DNA from: a virus
Taxonomy: Duplodnaviria > Heunggongvirae > Uroviricota > Caudoviricetes
IMG/VR virus record: IMGVR_UViG_647533158_000007
DNA: 40,699 nucleotides
Reading direction: 5' to 3' (one strand)
Shown: positions 1-10,074 of the stretch, piece after piece
Layout of the letters: the number at the start of each line of letters is the position of its first letter
Numbering within the stretch: position 1 is the stretch's first letter
Position numbers and translations under genes: made by a program
Notes under the pieces: model-generated
The model's database searches: none
What the model was told of the DNA's origin: nothing
Seen by the model: the letters and a program-made list of their open reading frames with translations, nothing else

Positions 1-1158
1 ATGCTCACCGTTAAGCAGATTGAAGCAGCAAAGCCGAAAGAAAAACCATACCGCCTTCTCGATGGTAATGGCCTGTACCTTTATGTCCCTGTATCCGGAA
101 AAAAGGTCTGGCAGCTTCGCTACAAGATTGACGGTAAGGAGAAAATCCTGACTGTCGGAAAATATCCGCTTATGACTTTGCAGGAAGCAAGGGATAAGGC
201 ATGGACCGCGAGGAAAGACATCTCGGTTGGCATCGATCCGGTAAAAGCGAAAAAGGCTTCGTCTAACAACAATTCCTTTAGTGCGATTTACAAGGAATGG
301 TACGAGCACAAGAAGCAAGTCTGGTCAGTAGGCTATGCAACTGAACTTGCAAAAATGTTTGATGACGACATTTTACCTATCATCGGCGGCCTTGAAATTC
401 AGGATATTGAGCCGATGCAACTGCTGGAAGTAATCCGCAGATTTGAAGATCGCGGTGCAATGGAGCGAGCCAACAAAGCCCGCAGAAGATGCGGCGAGGT
501 TTTCCGTTACGCTATTGTCACTGGTAGGGCTAAATATAACCCGGCACCTGACCTTGCTGACGCCATGAAGGGATACCGCAAGAAGAACTTCCCGTTTCTT
601 CCTGCAGACCAGATCCCGGCATTCAACAAAGCACTTGCAACATTTTCAGGAAGTATCGTATCGCTCATTGCGACCAAAGTTTTACGCTACACAGCCCTCA
701 GAACGAAAGAGCTTCGTTCCATGCTATGGAAGAACGTCGATTTTGAAAACAGGATTATCACCATCGACGCCAGTGTGATGAAGGGACGCAAAATTCATGT
801 GGTTCCTATGTCAGGCCAGGTAGTTGAACTTCTCACTACACTAAGCTCAATCACCAAACCAGTATCAGAGTTTGTTTTTGCCGGGCGCAACGATAAGAAG
901 AAGCCAATCTGCGAGAACGCGGTGCTACTTGTGATCAAACAAATCGGCTATGAGGGTCTGGAAAGCGGTCACGGATTCAGGCATGAATTCAGCACGATTA
1001 TGAACGAGCACGAATGGCCTGCTGATGCTATTGAAGTGCAACTGGCACATGCCAACGGCGGATCTGTGCGTGGGATTTACAACCATGCTCAGTATCTCGA
1101 TAAGCGCAGAGAAATGATGCAGTGGTGGGCGGATTATCTCGATGAGAGGGTGTCGTAG
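1..1158 (+). CDS. int: Phage tyrosine integrase (P4/IntS-like)
   Basis: 385 aa; C-terminal catalytic motifs GHGFRHEF (HxxR) and RGIYNHAQY (Tyr); first 89 nt are duplicated at 38499-38587 directly downstream of the att core; recalled similarity to argW-associated enterobacterial integrases. Confidence 0.9.
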   Translation: MLTVKQIEAAKPKEKPYRLLDGNGLYLYVPVSGKKVWQLRYKIDGKEKILTVGKYPLMTLQEARDKAWTARKDISVGIDPVKAKKASSNNNSFSAIYKEWYEHKKQVWSVGYATELAKMFDDDILPIIGGLEIQDIEPMQLLEVIRRFEDRGAMERANKARRRCGEVFRYAIVTGRAKYNPAPDLADAMKGYRKKNFPFLPADQIPAFNKALATFSGSIVSLIATKVLRYTALRTKELRSMLWKNVDFENRIITIDASVMKGRKIHVVPMSGQVVELLTTLSSITKPVSEFVFAGRNDKKKPICENAVLLVIKQIGYEGLESGHGFRHEFSTIMNEHEWPADAIEVQLAHANGGSVRGIYNHAQYLDKRREMMQWWADYLDERVS

Positions 1159-1296
1159 AAAAACAGCACAAAGCCTTGCAAACCAATGCAAAGCTTTGTG
1201 TATCCCGTTTTCGCCTAGTTACCACTTCAAAAGTCGATCGGTGGCGATGTCAGTGCTAATATCAGCACAGCAAAAAAGAATGAATACGGATGAATA

Positions 1297-3252
1297 ATGA
1301 GCTTTCTTTTGAAGACTGACAAAACATTGTCTAAAAATTACCAGCCAGGAGTTGATGGACTCCGTGCTGTTGCCGTCATTTTAGTTCTTATATTCCATGT
1401 AGGGTTCAGTAGTGTTCCAGGAGGGTTTGTTGGCGTTGATGTATTTTTTGTTATTTCTGGTTATCTGATAACTGGAATAATTTTTAATCAAACTGAGAAG
1501 GGAACTTTCAGTTACATTAATTTCATGTTAGCCAGGATAGCAAGACTGTACCCGGCTCTTATAGCAACGCTGATCGCCGTTTTTGCTGGATGCTTTATTC
1601 TGTACTCCCCTTCTGATTTTGTTAGCGTATCTAAATCAGCAATCTATGCTTTGTACTCAGCATCAAATATATTTTTTGCACAAAGCGTTGGTTATTTCGA
1701 TACATCATCAGAAATAAATCCATTGTTGCACACATGGTCTCTTGGTGTAGAACAGCAGTTCTATCTTGTATGGCCTCTGATTATCGGAGCAGCATATTTA
1801 GTAAAAAAGAGCCTTGTGCCATGGGTTCTGGTTATTATTAGTATTGCTTCTCTGGCATCCTCTCAGTGGGCAACTATAAACATGCAAACTGAAGCATACT
1901 ACTGGATGCCGTTCAGGGTTTTTGAGTTGTCTTTCGGCGGACTCGCATTCTTCATTTCTCGATGGATAAAACCATCTGAACTAACGAAGGAGTCTATGAT
2001 GGCTGCGGGACTTGCGATGATAGTATCATCTGCGTTGCTTTACTCATCATCAACTCAGTTCCCTGGTTTACATGCCATGATTCCCGTATTGGGTACCATG
2101 CTTTGCATTCTTTCACATGATGCAAAATACGCTGGATTCGCTGTGAATAACAGGGTCAGCGTTACGATCGGCCTGATATCTTATTCAGTTTATCTAATTC
2201 ACTGGCCTATTATTGTGTTTTACAAATACTGGATATATAGAGAGTTAAATGATATCGAGAAAGCATCATTGATTTTATCTTCGCTGGCTGTTGGATTCTT
2301 AATGTACAACGCAATAGAAAATAAATTCAGAAAGATAAAAATAAATGAGTTTTGCTACAAATCAGTATTGCTTTTATCATTAACTATATTGGTTATGATT
2401 TCGTATTCATCTTCAATAAAAGACAACGGATTTGCATTTAGAATACAAAATTATAAAGAAAACATGGAAATGCTCAAGCCTGGATTTAAAGAATATTTAT
2501 TCGGAGGCTTTGGGGTTAAGCAAGGTGAAATGGTAGTTCTTGGAGATAAAACCAAAAAGCCATCATTTGTTTTCATGGGTGACAGTTATGCAAGACAGTA
2601 TTCATTAGCCATGAGTGAATTTCTTGCAAAGAGAAATCTATCAGCAGCAGCATTCTTCGCTGATGGGGCATATCTATCAAATAGCGTTTACGTTACAGAA
2701 AAAGGGAAGGTTTCTGTATATGGTGTGAAGATAGGAACAAAAGCGATAGATTACTCTAAATATAATAAGATACCACTTGTTTATGCACAATCATGGCTTA
2801 GGTACATGGAGATGCTATCTGATAAAGATGGTAATGTGTATAAATTCAACGGAGACCATGATTATATGAAATTCAATGCTTCCGTTATTAACAATATTCA
2901 AGAGTACACAAATCAGAAAGTAATTGTTATTGGAAACCACCCGGCAGCAATAGGCTCTGACGGCGGTCTTTCTTGTGTGAGCCGACCTTCATATGTTGAA
3001 AAGAAATGCATTGATAGTATTTTCAGCACAGAAAGCGGTGATAGGTTAGATAGCAATAATTATTTAAACAAATGGCTATCAGATAACGGAAGTATAAAGT
3101 TTATAAACCCTTATGATTTCATGTGTAGGAATGGGAGATGTAACCTAGTATCTGACAAAGGTGACGTTATGTATTCTGATGAGTATCATCTATCAAGATA
3201 TGGAGCAAGAAAGGCAATTGAAGGGTTTGGAAATATAATTATCGATATATAA
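1297..3252 (+). CDS. O-antigen acyltransferase (acyltransferase-3 membrane domain + C-terminal SGNH-like domain), lysogenic conversion
   Basis: 651 aa; N-terminal GLRAVAVILVLIFH...GGFVGVDVFFVISGYLIT typical of AT3 family; multiple hydrophobic helices; markedly AT-rich; located between int and tailspike as in serotype-converting P22-like phages. Confidence 0.8.
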   Translation: MSFLLKTDKTLSKNYQPGVDGLRAVAVILVLIFHVGFSSVPGGFVGVDVFFVISGYLITGIIFNQTEKGTFSYINFMLARIARLYPALIATLIAVFAGCFILYSPSDFVSVSKSAIYALYSASNIFFAQSVGYFDTSSEINPLLHTWSLGVEQQFYLVWPLIIGAAYLVKKSLVPWVLVIISIASLASSQWATINMQTEAYYWMPFRVFELSFGGLAFFISRWIKPSELTKESMMAAGLAMIVSSALLYSSSTQFPGLHAMIPVLGTMLCILSHDAKYAGFAVNNRVSVTIGLISYSVYLIHWPIIVFYKYWIYRELNDIEKASLILSSLAVGFLMYNAIENKFRKIKINEFCYKSVLLLSLTILVMISYSSSIKDNGFAFRIQNYKENMEMLKPGFKEYLFGGFGVKQGEMVVLGDKTKKPSFVFMGDSYARQYSLAMSEFLAKRNLSAAAFFADGAYLSNSVYVTEKGKVSVYGVKIGTKAIDYSKYNKIPLVYAQSWLRYMEMLSDKDGNVYKFNGDHDYMKFNASVINNIQEYTNQKVIVIGNHPAAIGSDGGLSCVSRPSYVEKKCIDSIFSTESGDRLDSNNYLNKWLSDNGSIKFINPYDFMCRNGRCNLVSDKGDVMYSDEYHLSRYGARKAIEGFGNIIIDI

Positions 3253-3262
3253 TATAAATAAT

Positions 3263-3297
3263 TGTGCGCACTATTTAACTTTTTCATAGTGCGCACA
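3263..3297. terminator. Bidirectional hairpin between convergent acyltransferase and tailspike genes
   Basis: Perfect 12-bp inverted repeat tgtgcgcactat / atagtgcgcaca with 11-nt loop, flanked by A/T runs, sitting between the two convergent stop codons. Confidence 0.6.
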
Positions 3298-3300
3298 AAT

Positions 3301-5457
3301 TTACAGAGTTGGGAAGTTTGTTGATAATGGTACTATTGCATATTCAAGTTTTGTTGGCGGATTATTTGCAGCGCTGTATGTTGAAAGAGCCTCAAGCACA
3401 ATATACCCACTCCCGTTGTACCCTGCTTTGAAGCAACTTTGCAGGTTTGCTATGGATGTGTCTCCTGGATTTAACCGCTGATCAATGGGTGATTTAAGGT
3501 CAGTTGCATCTGCCCTGTCCGTTGCGTCATGCGCACCGGAAGACATGATATAAGTAGCATAATTATTTTTTACACCTCCAGTCACTTTTATGTGGAGAAG
3601 GTAAAGAGTGCGATCAGATGTAGAACCAGTCAATATCTGTTTATCAAGAGTAATTCGTACCTTTGAGCCATCAGATAACACAGGTAAAGACTTGCTTAAC
3701 ATTGCTACGCCATTAACAGTATTATCATAACCATTTCCGATATAGTTACCTGAACCTACAAAAGCTGAGTTCATTCGCCAGATATCTTCTGCCGTAAATA
3801 ACCCTGACGTAATGAAGTTACCTGTCCATACGTTTCTGTTTCTTTCTGGTCTTGCATTAAGCACCATTCCAACACCCCCGGCCATGAAGTTGCCAGATAT
3901 AACTGCTCCTGACATATCGGTAGTGTTGATGCATTGGAGTCTTAGGTCTTTGTTAACACCAGGATCAAGAACCATTTGCATGGTATTGCTGTTGATACTA
4001 ATTCCGGCACACCACGTGCCATTAAAACCGTTGTTATTGTTGTTTAACGCCTGTGAAGCGATGAAATTAAATATCCTCTGTTCTGAAGGATTTGTAGCAC
4101 CTTTATAGTAGAAAACATTTCCTGTAATACTAACAAGAGAAGTTCTAAGGAATATAGCGAAATCGTTAAGCGGGTTTTCCTCAAAATGATAGATATTGTT
4201 AGAAATAACTGAACGCCCACCAAGACCGACTCTAGTACTACCATCAAATTGCAATGACATCATTTTATTAGCTGTATTGACAAATCTGTTGGAAGTTATG
4301 TTTATTTCAAGCCCCCCAGTAAATGTATCCATCTCACACGCAGACTCAGCATTCCTGTTCATAAGTAAATTTCCAGAGAAAGCGCCTCCTATCGTCGATC
4401 CTCCGATTTTTATAATATCTGCATTCGGACCGGTCTGCATAAAAACATCAAAGGTGTTATTCGTTATGTGGAACATTGACTTGCGAGGAGTTCCAATGTC
4501 GACGGATGCAGTCGTGTTGCCAAGAATCATCAGATATGGATATACCTCACCCTGTTCACCTGACATTCCTGCATCAGAGATATACTGATCTGTGTTGTCA
4601 TCAGTCTTGCAGTAGTTATTATCAACTGAAATATGTACGCTTGTTGGGTCCTGACAGTTAACCATGATGTAGCCAACACCGCAGTTAAAGCATTGCATAT
4701 CTTTTATCACCACGCGCGTTGGTAAATTCGCCAGCCCATCAGGGTAATCATTGAAAATTACCTGAGGACGCTGGGTGTGGTATGCATTTGCGGTGAACTT
4801 ACCGCCGATAATCTCTACTGATTTTGCGCCAAGCGGATGGAAAATATAATCAATGCCATTGAAGGTAAATTCTCCAGTAGAAGCATCGATAATGATGTCT
4901 CCTGGGATGGTGACGGGGGCTGTTACATCGTACACACCTGATGCTACAACTCTCGTTTTGTTTGCAACCGCATAATTTACAGCTGCCTGTAATTTTTCTG
5001 ACGCATTACTTCCGGGGAATACCTCGGGGACAACCCATTTGATGGCATCCTGTACCGTGCCATATGGCATAATCCCAACAAGACCAGCGCCGTCTTGATT
5101 AGAAAGCCTAATCTCAAATTGATCAGGGTCGTACTTCAGCACATTAGGGAAATAGAACTGCTGTGATCCATATGCATCGTACACAGACATAGAATGACCT
5201 TGCACAGTTACAAACTTGGCAATCTGTCCGTTATATACCGGATATCCAGCAGCATTAATGATGATTGGTTGCGAAACAGGAACGTGAGAACCGTCTTCGT
5301 TCTCTATATAAACCTGAATCTGGTTTTCTGGATTTACCGGGTCAGTGTCAATTATTCCGATGTAAATTTTTCCATTAGCTACGGCTTTAAAAGAACGAGC
5401 CATAGTGAAGAGTTGCGAAGGCATCCCAATTACAACATTGGCTGTAATGTCTGTCAT
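3301..5457 (-). CDS. Tailspike protein (P22 gp9-like N-terminal head-binding domain, divergent receptor-binding domain)
   Basis: 718 aa; N-terminus MTDITANVVIGMPSQLFTMARSFKAVANGKIYIG...DTDPVNP...VYIENEDGSH closely resembles recalled P22 tailspike N-terminus; remainder does not resemble P22 endorhamnosidase domain. Confidence 0.88.
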   Translation of the reverse strand: MTDITANVVIGMPSQLFTMARSFKAVANGKIYIGIIDTDPVNPENQIQVYIENEDGSHVPVSQPIIINAAGYPVYNGQIAKFVTVQGHSMSVYDAYGSQQFYFPNVLKYDPDQFEIRLSNQDGAGLVGIMPYGTVQDAIKWVVPEVFPGSNASEKLQAAVNYAVANKTRVVASGVYDVTAPVTIPGDIIIDASTGEFTFNGIDYIFHPLGAKSVEIIGGKFTANAYHTQRPQVIFNDYPDGLANLPTRVVIKDMQCFNCGVGYIMVNCQDPTSVHISVDNNYCKTDDNTDQYISDAGMSGEQGEVYPYLMILGNTTASVDIGTPRKSMFHITNNTFDVFMQTGPNADIIKIGGSTIGGAFSGNLLMNRNAESACEMDTFTGGLEINITSNRFVNTANKMMSLQFDGSTRVGLGGRSVISNNIYHFEENPLNDFAIFLRTSLVSITGNVFYYKGATNPSEQRIFNFIASQALNNNNNGFNGTWCAGISINSNTMQMVLDPGVNKDLRLQCINTTDMSGAVISGNFMAGGVGMVLNARPERNRNVWTGNFITSGLFTAEDIWRMNSAFVGSGNYIGNGYDNTVNGVAMLSKSLPVLSDGSKVRITLDKQILTGSTSDRTLYLLHIKVTGGVKNNYATYIMSSGAHDATDRADATDLKSPIDQRLNPGDTSIANLQSCFKAGYNGSGYIVLEALSTYSAANNPPTKLEYAIVPLSTNFPTL

Positions 5458-5621
5458 TTAATTTGCTCCAGACGTAGCAATGCCGGACAAGACGCAACCT
5501 GCCCAGCATTGCACTAATGTCAGTTATGATTTGTTAATTATGAGATGAGTCTATGCAAAGATATTTGTTGAACATTACGTTCTACATATTTGGTTTTTGC
5601 ACGTTCCTGGTGTTTGCGAAG

Positions 5622-7619
5622 CTATTCTGACAACGCATCAGACTTGGCACCCTGAGTAAGGGCGTTAATGGCCTTTTGCGCCTGCTGCATGGCTTTCTCA
5701 AACGCTGTTGATCCGCGTGGGGTGTTTGCCATTCGGAGCATTGCATTTCTGAATGGCTCGCTCTCATAGGCGCGAGTAAGAAGTCCGTAGCTTACTGCTG
5801 CGCCAGTTGTCGCCGGGTTCATTGCCGTCCCATACCCGATAATGAACGGGATGGTTTGCTGCCCTGTTGGTGTTGTTACTGCCGCTTTTGCAGCCTGCTG
5901 CGTGGATTGCAGATAGTTTTTTAATCCTTTCAGATAAGCAGCGTCCTGCCCCTTAAATGTGATGCCAGTCTGGTTTTGCAGGATGTTAAGCTGTCGAAGG
6001 AACTGGTCAGGGGATCCACCTGATTTCTCCATCGCCTTCCCAATGATGCCATTGCGCATTTGCGCCCTACCAACACGACCAACTGAGTTATACAGCGTCT
6101 TAATTTCCGATTTGTTCTTGCTGAATAGCATGTTGTTGACAACTTCCGGCGTCAGGTCGCCTTTCATGAGAACATTCTTCAGCCTTGTATTCTTTAATTT
6201 CTCCGCTTCGTCAGCGTAGACGGCATTGGCCTGCTGATATTTACGGAGAGTATCGTTGCCAAGATTCTGACCAATGGCACCATTGATATCGTCTGTCATC
6301 GCCTTGTAAACGCGCTGAATGGCAGCATCGGAACGGTTTGGTAACACTGGTCGTTCCCCCTTCACGTCCATTCTGAACTGGCTGCGCAGATCGCTTAATT
6401 GCTTCAAATCCAGATTTACCGGACCATCAGGACCAGCATTGCGAACAAGCTCATCACGATAGGACTGAAGTTTTGAAATAGTCTCGTTATCAGCAACCTT
6501 ACCAAGCTTCTGCAGGTTAGATATTTCTGTATCAATCTGCTGAATTGCTCGCGCAGGCTGGATATTGACTCCCGCCATTGCATTCTGAACCTGCTCAAGA
6601 CGGTTCCCTGCAGCACGACGAATTCCTGATGTTTTCGCTTTAAGGCTGTCAATAACAACAGCTGGATCATACTCACCGAATTTATCAGAAAATCTCTGCA
6701 CCAACTGGCTTCTCGCTTCCTGTTGCGTTGCTCTCATTCCGCTTGTGCCAGCCAGGGGGATATTTTCCGCTGTCGTCTGCGCCATTTTCCCGACGCGGGA
6801 AGTAGGCTGTAACAGGTCTGTGGTGTGCAGAGGAACTCCTTCACGCTCTGCAAATCTGATAGCCTGCTGCGCTTCTGGCGCAATAGCACCACGAACGCCA
6901 CGATAAGCAGCACCTAATCCACGCCCGGCAGCGTTAATAGCGCCGCCTGCCAGAACGCCAACACCTAAATCGGTAGCGAGGGCTTCCGCATCATCTTTCA
7001 TACTGTTTGCAGCAAGTGATCCAACTGCGTTTTCTGCGAGAAGGCGAGTTGCCCCCTGAGCAATTCGACCAGCAAGTGTTGGTGCCTGTGCTGCCGCTCT
7101 CTCAACGCCAGCAGGAGTGAGGTAAGGCAATGCCTCAGCAAATACCCTGCCCTCTGTCGTTTGTGGAGTCAGCGCGCCTTGCTGAAGGCCAAAGTCCTGC
7201 TCTAATCCCTGCGTTGTTACTCGTGGCGCTGGTTGATATGTACCATCGCCAATGCCGAGTTTACCGCCAGCCCAAGCCGCCGCGCTTGTTACAGCATCGG
7301 CAACTGATGCAGGTATGTTTGCCACGTTCACGCCAGCCTGCACCAGTCCGCGACCAGTCTCTTTTACTGCTTCGCCAAGATCAGACATAAATCCACTTTG
7401 CTGTGGTTGTTGCTGTGCTACTGGTTGCTGTGTCTCCACTGGCTGCACAGATGGCAATGGATAGGCAGCATAGAAAGCTTGCTTAGCCTGCTCTGCATTT
7501 TCTCCGGCTTGCGGGGCCACGACTTCATTGAAGTATTGCTCCTGAGCCTGCGCTTTTTGTTCTGGTGCTAACGCCTGATACTGTGGAGAGGCGATAACAT
7601 CTTTCCATGCTTTAGCCAT
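5622..7619 (-). CDS. DNA ejection/injection protein (P22 gp16-like)
   Basis: 665 aa; Ala/Gln/Gly-rich low-complexity protein in the gp7-gp20-gp16 position directly upstream of tailspike. Confidence 0.7.
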   Translation of the reverse strand: MAKAWKDVIASPQYQALAPEQKAQAQEQYFNEVVAPQAGENAEQAKQAFYAAYPLPSVQPVETQQPVAQQQPQQSGFMSDLGEAVKETGRGLVQAGVNVANIPASVADAVTSAAAWAGGKLGIGDGTYQPAPRVTTQGLEQDFGLQQGALTPQTTEGRVFAEALPYLTPAGVERAAAQAPTLAGRIAQGATRLLAENAVGSLAANSMKDDAEALATDLGVGVLAGGAINAAGRGLGAAYRGVRGAIAPEAQQAIRFAEREGVPLHTTDLLQPTSRVGKMAQTTAENIPLAGTSGMRATQQEARSQLVQRFSDKFGEYDPAVVIDSLKAKTSGIRRAAGNRLEQVQNAMAGVNIQPARAIQQIDTEISNLQKLGKVADNETISKLQSYRDELVRNAGPDGPVNLDLKQLSDLRSQFRMDVKGERPVLPNRSDAAIQRVYKAMTDDINGAIGQNLGNDTLRKYQQANAVYADEAEKLKNTRLKNVLMKGDLTPEVVNNMLFSKNKSEIKTLYNSVGRVGRAQMRNGIIGKAMEKSGGSPDQFLRQLNILQNQTGITFKGQDAAYLKGLKNYLQSTQQAAKAAVTTPTGQQTIPFIIGYGTAMNPATTGAAVSYGLLTRAYESEPFRNAMLRMANTPRGSTAFEKAMQQAQKAINALTQGAKSDALSE

Positions 7620-8914
7620 TAATCACCCCATAGTGAAGAAAAGTTACTGCCAGTAGTAGATTGTTGCCCTGGCGTATTCTGTACTGGCTCCTGATAATCA
7701 AACTGTTTTTTAACAGTGCTCAACTTGCTTTCAAGCTGATTTCTAATCTTTCCGATAGAGTCACGAAAAGCCTTTTCACTCATTTTGGGGCTTAGGGCAC
7801 CAACCGCATCAGATAATTTTTTACCCTCAGCATCTGAAAGAGCCCCCATCCCCTTCAGGGACTGCACCATAGGGAGGAAAGTTTGAGCTTTAAAGGTGTC
7901 GAGTCTTGCTTCAAAGTTAGCCGCATCAGAGCCAGGAACTGTCGGAAACGCTGAGCGAATTCCTACTGCTTTTGAAAGGCCGGGGCTTTGCTCTATCTCG
8001 TTGAGAGAATCAAGCGCGGTGCTGAACGTATCAACTGCACCCTGAGCGGCGGCCTGCCTGTCAGCGCGGGCTATGTCAGCCTTTTGCCGAACATCTGCCT
8101 GTTTCTGTTTTAGCTCTTCAAGCTTTAACTGGTTGCTTTCTCTGGCTATCTGTCTGTCCAGAGCCTTTTCTTGTAATTCTGCTCTTTGTATTTCTCGGGA
8201 AAGAGCAGCATTCTGTGCGCTGATGTTCTGTCCACGTATCTGGATGTCCTGACCTCGAGCTGTTAGCGCCTCGCCAGCCTGATTGCTGCGGATTGTCTCT
8301 GCAAGTTTTCCGCGATCAATCTCACGACCAGCCATCTTGTCCTGAACATTGAAGTAATCAATTGGACCAAGAGCAGCCATCCCAAGGTGATCAACAAACT
8401 CACCAAATCCTGAAGGATTCTGCTGATACATCTGAGCAACTCTGTTAGGGTCAACACCGACGCGAGTCAGTTCCTTGGCGTTGTTTTGCAGCCATGATTG
8501 CATTGCTTCTGGAGACGATGACGCAAGGCGGGCGCCAGCCGCTAATGTGCCGATAGAATTACGCTGGTCTTCATCAATGAATCCCATGCCTTTACGAACG
8601 GATTCAATCTGGTCTGGATATTGAGTAGCCAACTGACGCAAAGCACCGCGATCACCAGACGCATAAGCATTAGCGTACGCCTGCTGAAATTCTTTCTGCC
8701 GCTGAGCCTGCTTTTCCTGCTGAAACACCCCAGCAATACCTGAAAGGCCTTGCAAAGCAGTCAGCCCAACATTGTTATCGCCTGAACGCTCAATATCATT
8801 GTTCTGCCTGATAAGCTGAAGCGTATTGCCGATGTCATTTACGTTCGGAGCGTTTGAGTTGACGCCGCCGATACCAGCCAATAATCCGCCATTTGATCCT
8901 TGCCAAGTAGCCAT
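7619..8914 (-). CDS. DNA ejection/injection protein (P22 gp20-like)
   Basis: 431 aa; synteny between gp7-like and gp16-like; start overlaps upstream stop. Confidence 0.7.
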   Translation of the reverse strand: MATWQGSNGGLLAGIGGVNSNAPNVNDIGNTLQLIRQNNDIERSGDNNVGLTALQGLSGIAGVFQQEKQAQRQKEFQQAYANAYASGDRGALRQLATQYPDQIESVRKGMGFIDEDQRNSIGTLAAGARLASSSPEAMQSWLQNNAKELTRVGVDPNRVAQMYQQNPSGFGEFVDHLGMAALGPIDYFNVQDKMAGREIDRGKLAETIRSNQAGEALTARGQDIQIRGQNISAQNAALSREIQRAELQEKALDRQIARESNQLKLEELKQKQADVRQKADIARADRQAAAQGAVDTFSTALDSLNEIEQSPGLSKAVGIRSAFPTVPGSDAANFEARLDTFKAQTFLPMVQSLKGMGALSDAEGKKLSDAVGALSPKMSEKAFRDSIGKIRNQLESKLSTVKKQFDYQEPVQNTPGQQSTTGSNFSSLWGD

Positions 8915-8923
8915 GATTACTCC

Positions 8924-9616
8924 TTAAAACAACGAGTCAAGCAATCCGATACCAGCACCAATGCCAGCGCCCCAAGGTGTTGATGTTCCCAAAAGGCTGG
9001 CAAGACCTGCACCGGCAATCGCACCAGACGTTCCGCCACTAATTGCTGTCTGAAGACTTGATGGTTTGTTGGCATTAGCAGCGGCAAGAGCTGCGCTTTG
9101 CTGTGCAATGCTGCTCATGTTGTTGGCGTATGTCTGCCCGGCGTTTGCCTGACCTTGCAGCGCACCAAGCCCAACGTTTGCCAGATTGTTGTAATTGCTC
9201 ATCTGATTTGATAACCAAGACTGACCGAGTGTCGGCGCGATCGTAGCCAGTTGATTGCTTGTGGCTGTCGAACCAAGTCCACCCGTCGCCTCCGCAGCAG
9301 CAAGACTCTGGTAACGCGCCTGCCCTGCAAGGTCTTTATACTGCTGAGAGTTGTAATACTGATTAAGTGCCTGCCCCTGACCTTCTAAACTGGAAAGGTT
9401 CTGAAGCTGGTTAACATACTGCTCCGCAAGAGGCGTGAACGGAGCAAGGTTTTTCATGATCGTCTGCCACTGCTGATTTTGCAGATCTGCAGCATACTTC
9501 TGAGCTTCTGCTGCATACTTTGCGCTTTTATCAGAACTGCCACCTTTCCCGCCTTTTTCAGGGCAATAAGGTTCCTCGCCGCGCAGTTTTCTGCCCAGCT
9601 TAAATGCATATAACAT
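8924..9616 (-). CDS. DNA ejection/injection protein (P22 gp7-like)
   Basis: 230 aa; Gln/Ala/Gly-rich; size and position match gp7. Confidence 0.65.
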   Translation of the reverse strand: MLYAFKLGRKLRGEEPYCPEKGGKGGSSDKSAKYAAEAQKYAADLQNQQWQTIMKNLAPFTPLAEQYVNQLQNLSSLEGQGQALNQYYNSQQYKDLAGQARYQSLAAAEATGGLGSTATSNQLATIAPTLGQSWLSNQMSNYNNLANVGLGALQGQANAGQTYANNMSSIAQQSAALAAANANKPSSLQTAISGGTSGAIAGAGLASLLGTSTPWGAGIGAGIGLLDSLF

Positions 9617-9618
9617 GG

Positions 9619-10074
9619 CTATCTCCCGTGATTCAGGAAGTCGATTAGTTCTTCGCGTGTAGCACTGTAAAATGTCACGTCATCCACGCCTTTGAAGTAT
9701 TTCTTGATGGTTCCTACACGATTAAGGCCAATCATTGCGCAGTACATCTGACCGTGGCGGAATTTGCGTGCAGCGAACGATGTGACGCACTGAACGGTGG
9801 TGTTAGTCAGAATGTATCGCCAGAACGCCAGCCCAATTTCCTTGCTGAAGCCGCGAATCTCTGGCAGGTACATGGCGTGGCAATCGAATGTAAGCGGCTG
9901 AATTTCCTGATAGTAAACAATGCCGCCAAACTGACCGTGCACGTTCACCTCAAAGTAACGGCATTCAGGCTTGTAGTCGTATCCATCACCGTTGTTGCTC
10001 CCGGCAATAATGTCAGGGTGATTTCCAACTGCTTCGATCAGGTCGATGTTTCGCGTTGGTTTGAACTGAATCAT
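9619..10074 (-). CDS. Virion assembly protein (P22 gp14-like)
   Basis: 151 aa; position between tail needle and ejection proteins; stop/start overlap with tail needle gene. Confidence 0.55.
   Translation of the reverse strand: MIQFKPTRNIDLIEAVGNHPDIIAGSNNGDGYDYKPECRYFEVNVHGQFGGIVYYQEIQPLTFDCHAMYLPEIRGFSKEIGLAFWRYILTNTTVQCVTSFAARKFRHGQMYCAMIGLNRVGTIKKYFKGVDDVTFYSATREELIDFLNHGR

Noticed and set aside
925-1225. Minus-strand ORFs overlapping the integrase 3' end (925-1191, 1028-1225)
   Set aside because: Antisense to the integrase catalytic domain; integrase frame supported by conserved catalytic motifs.
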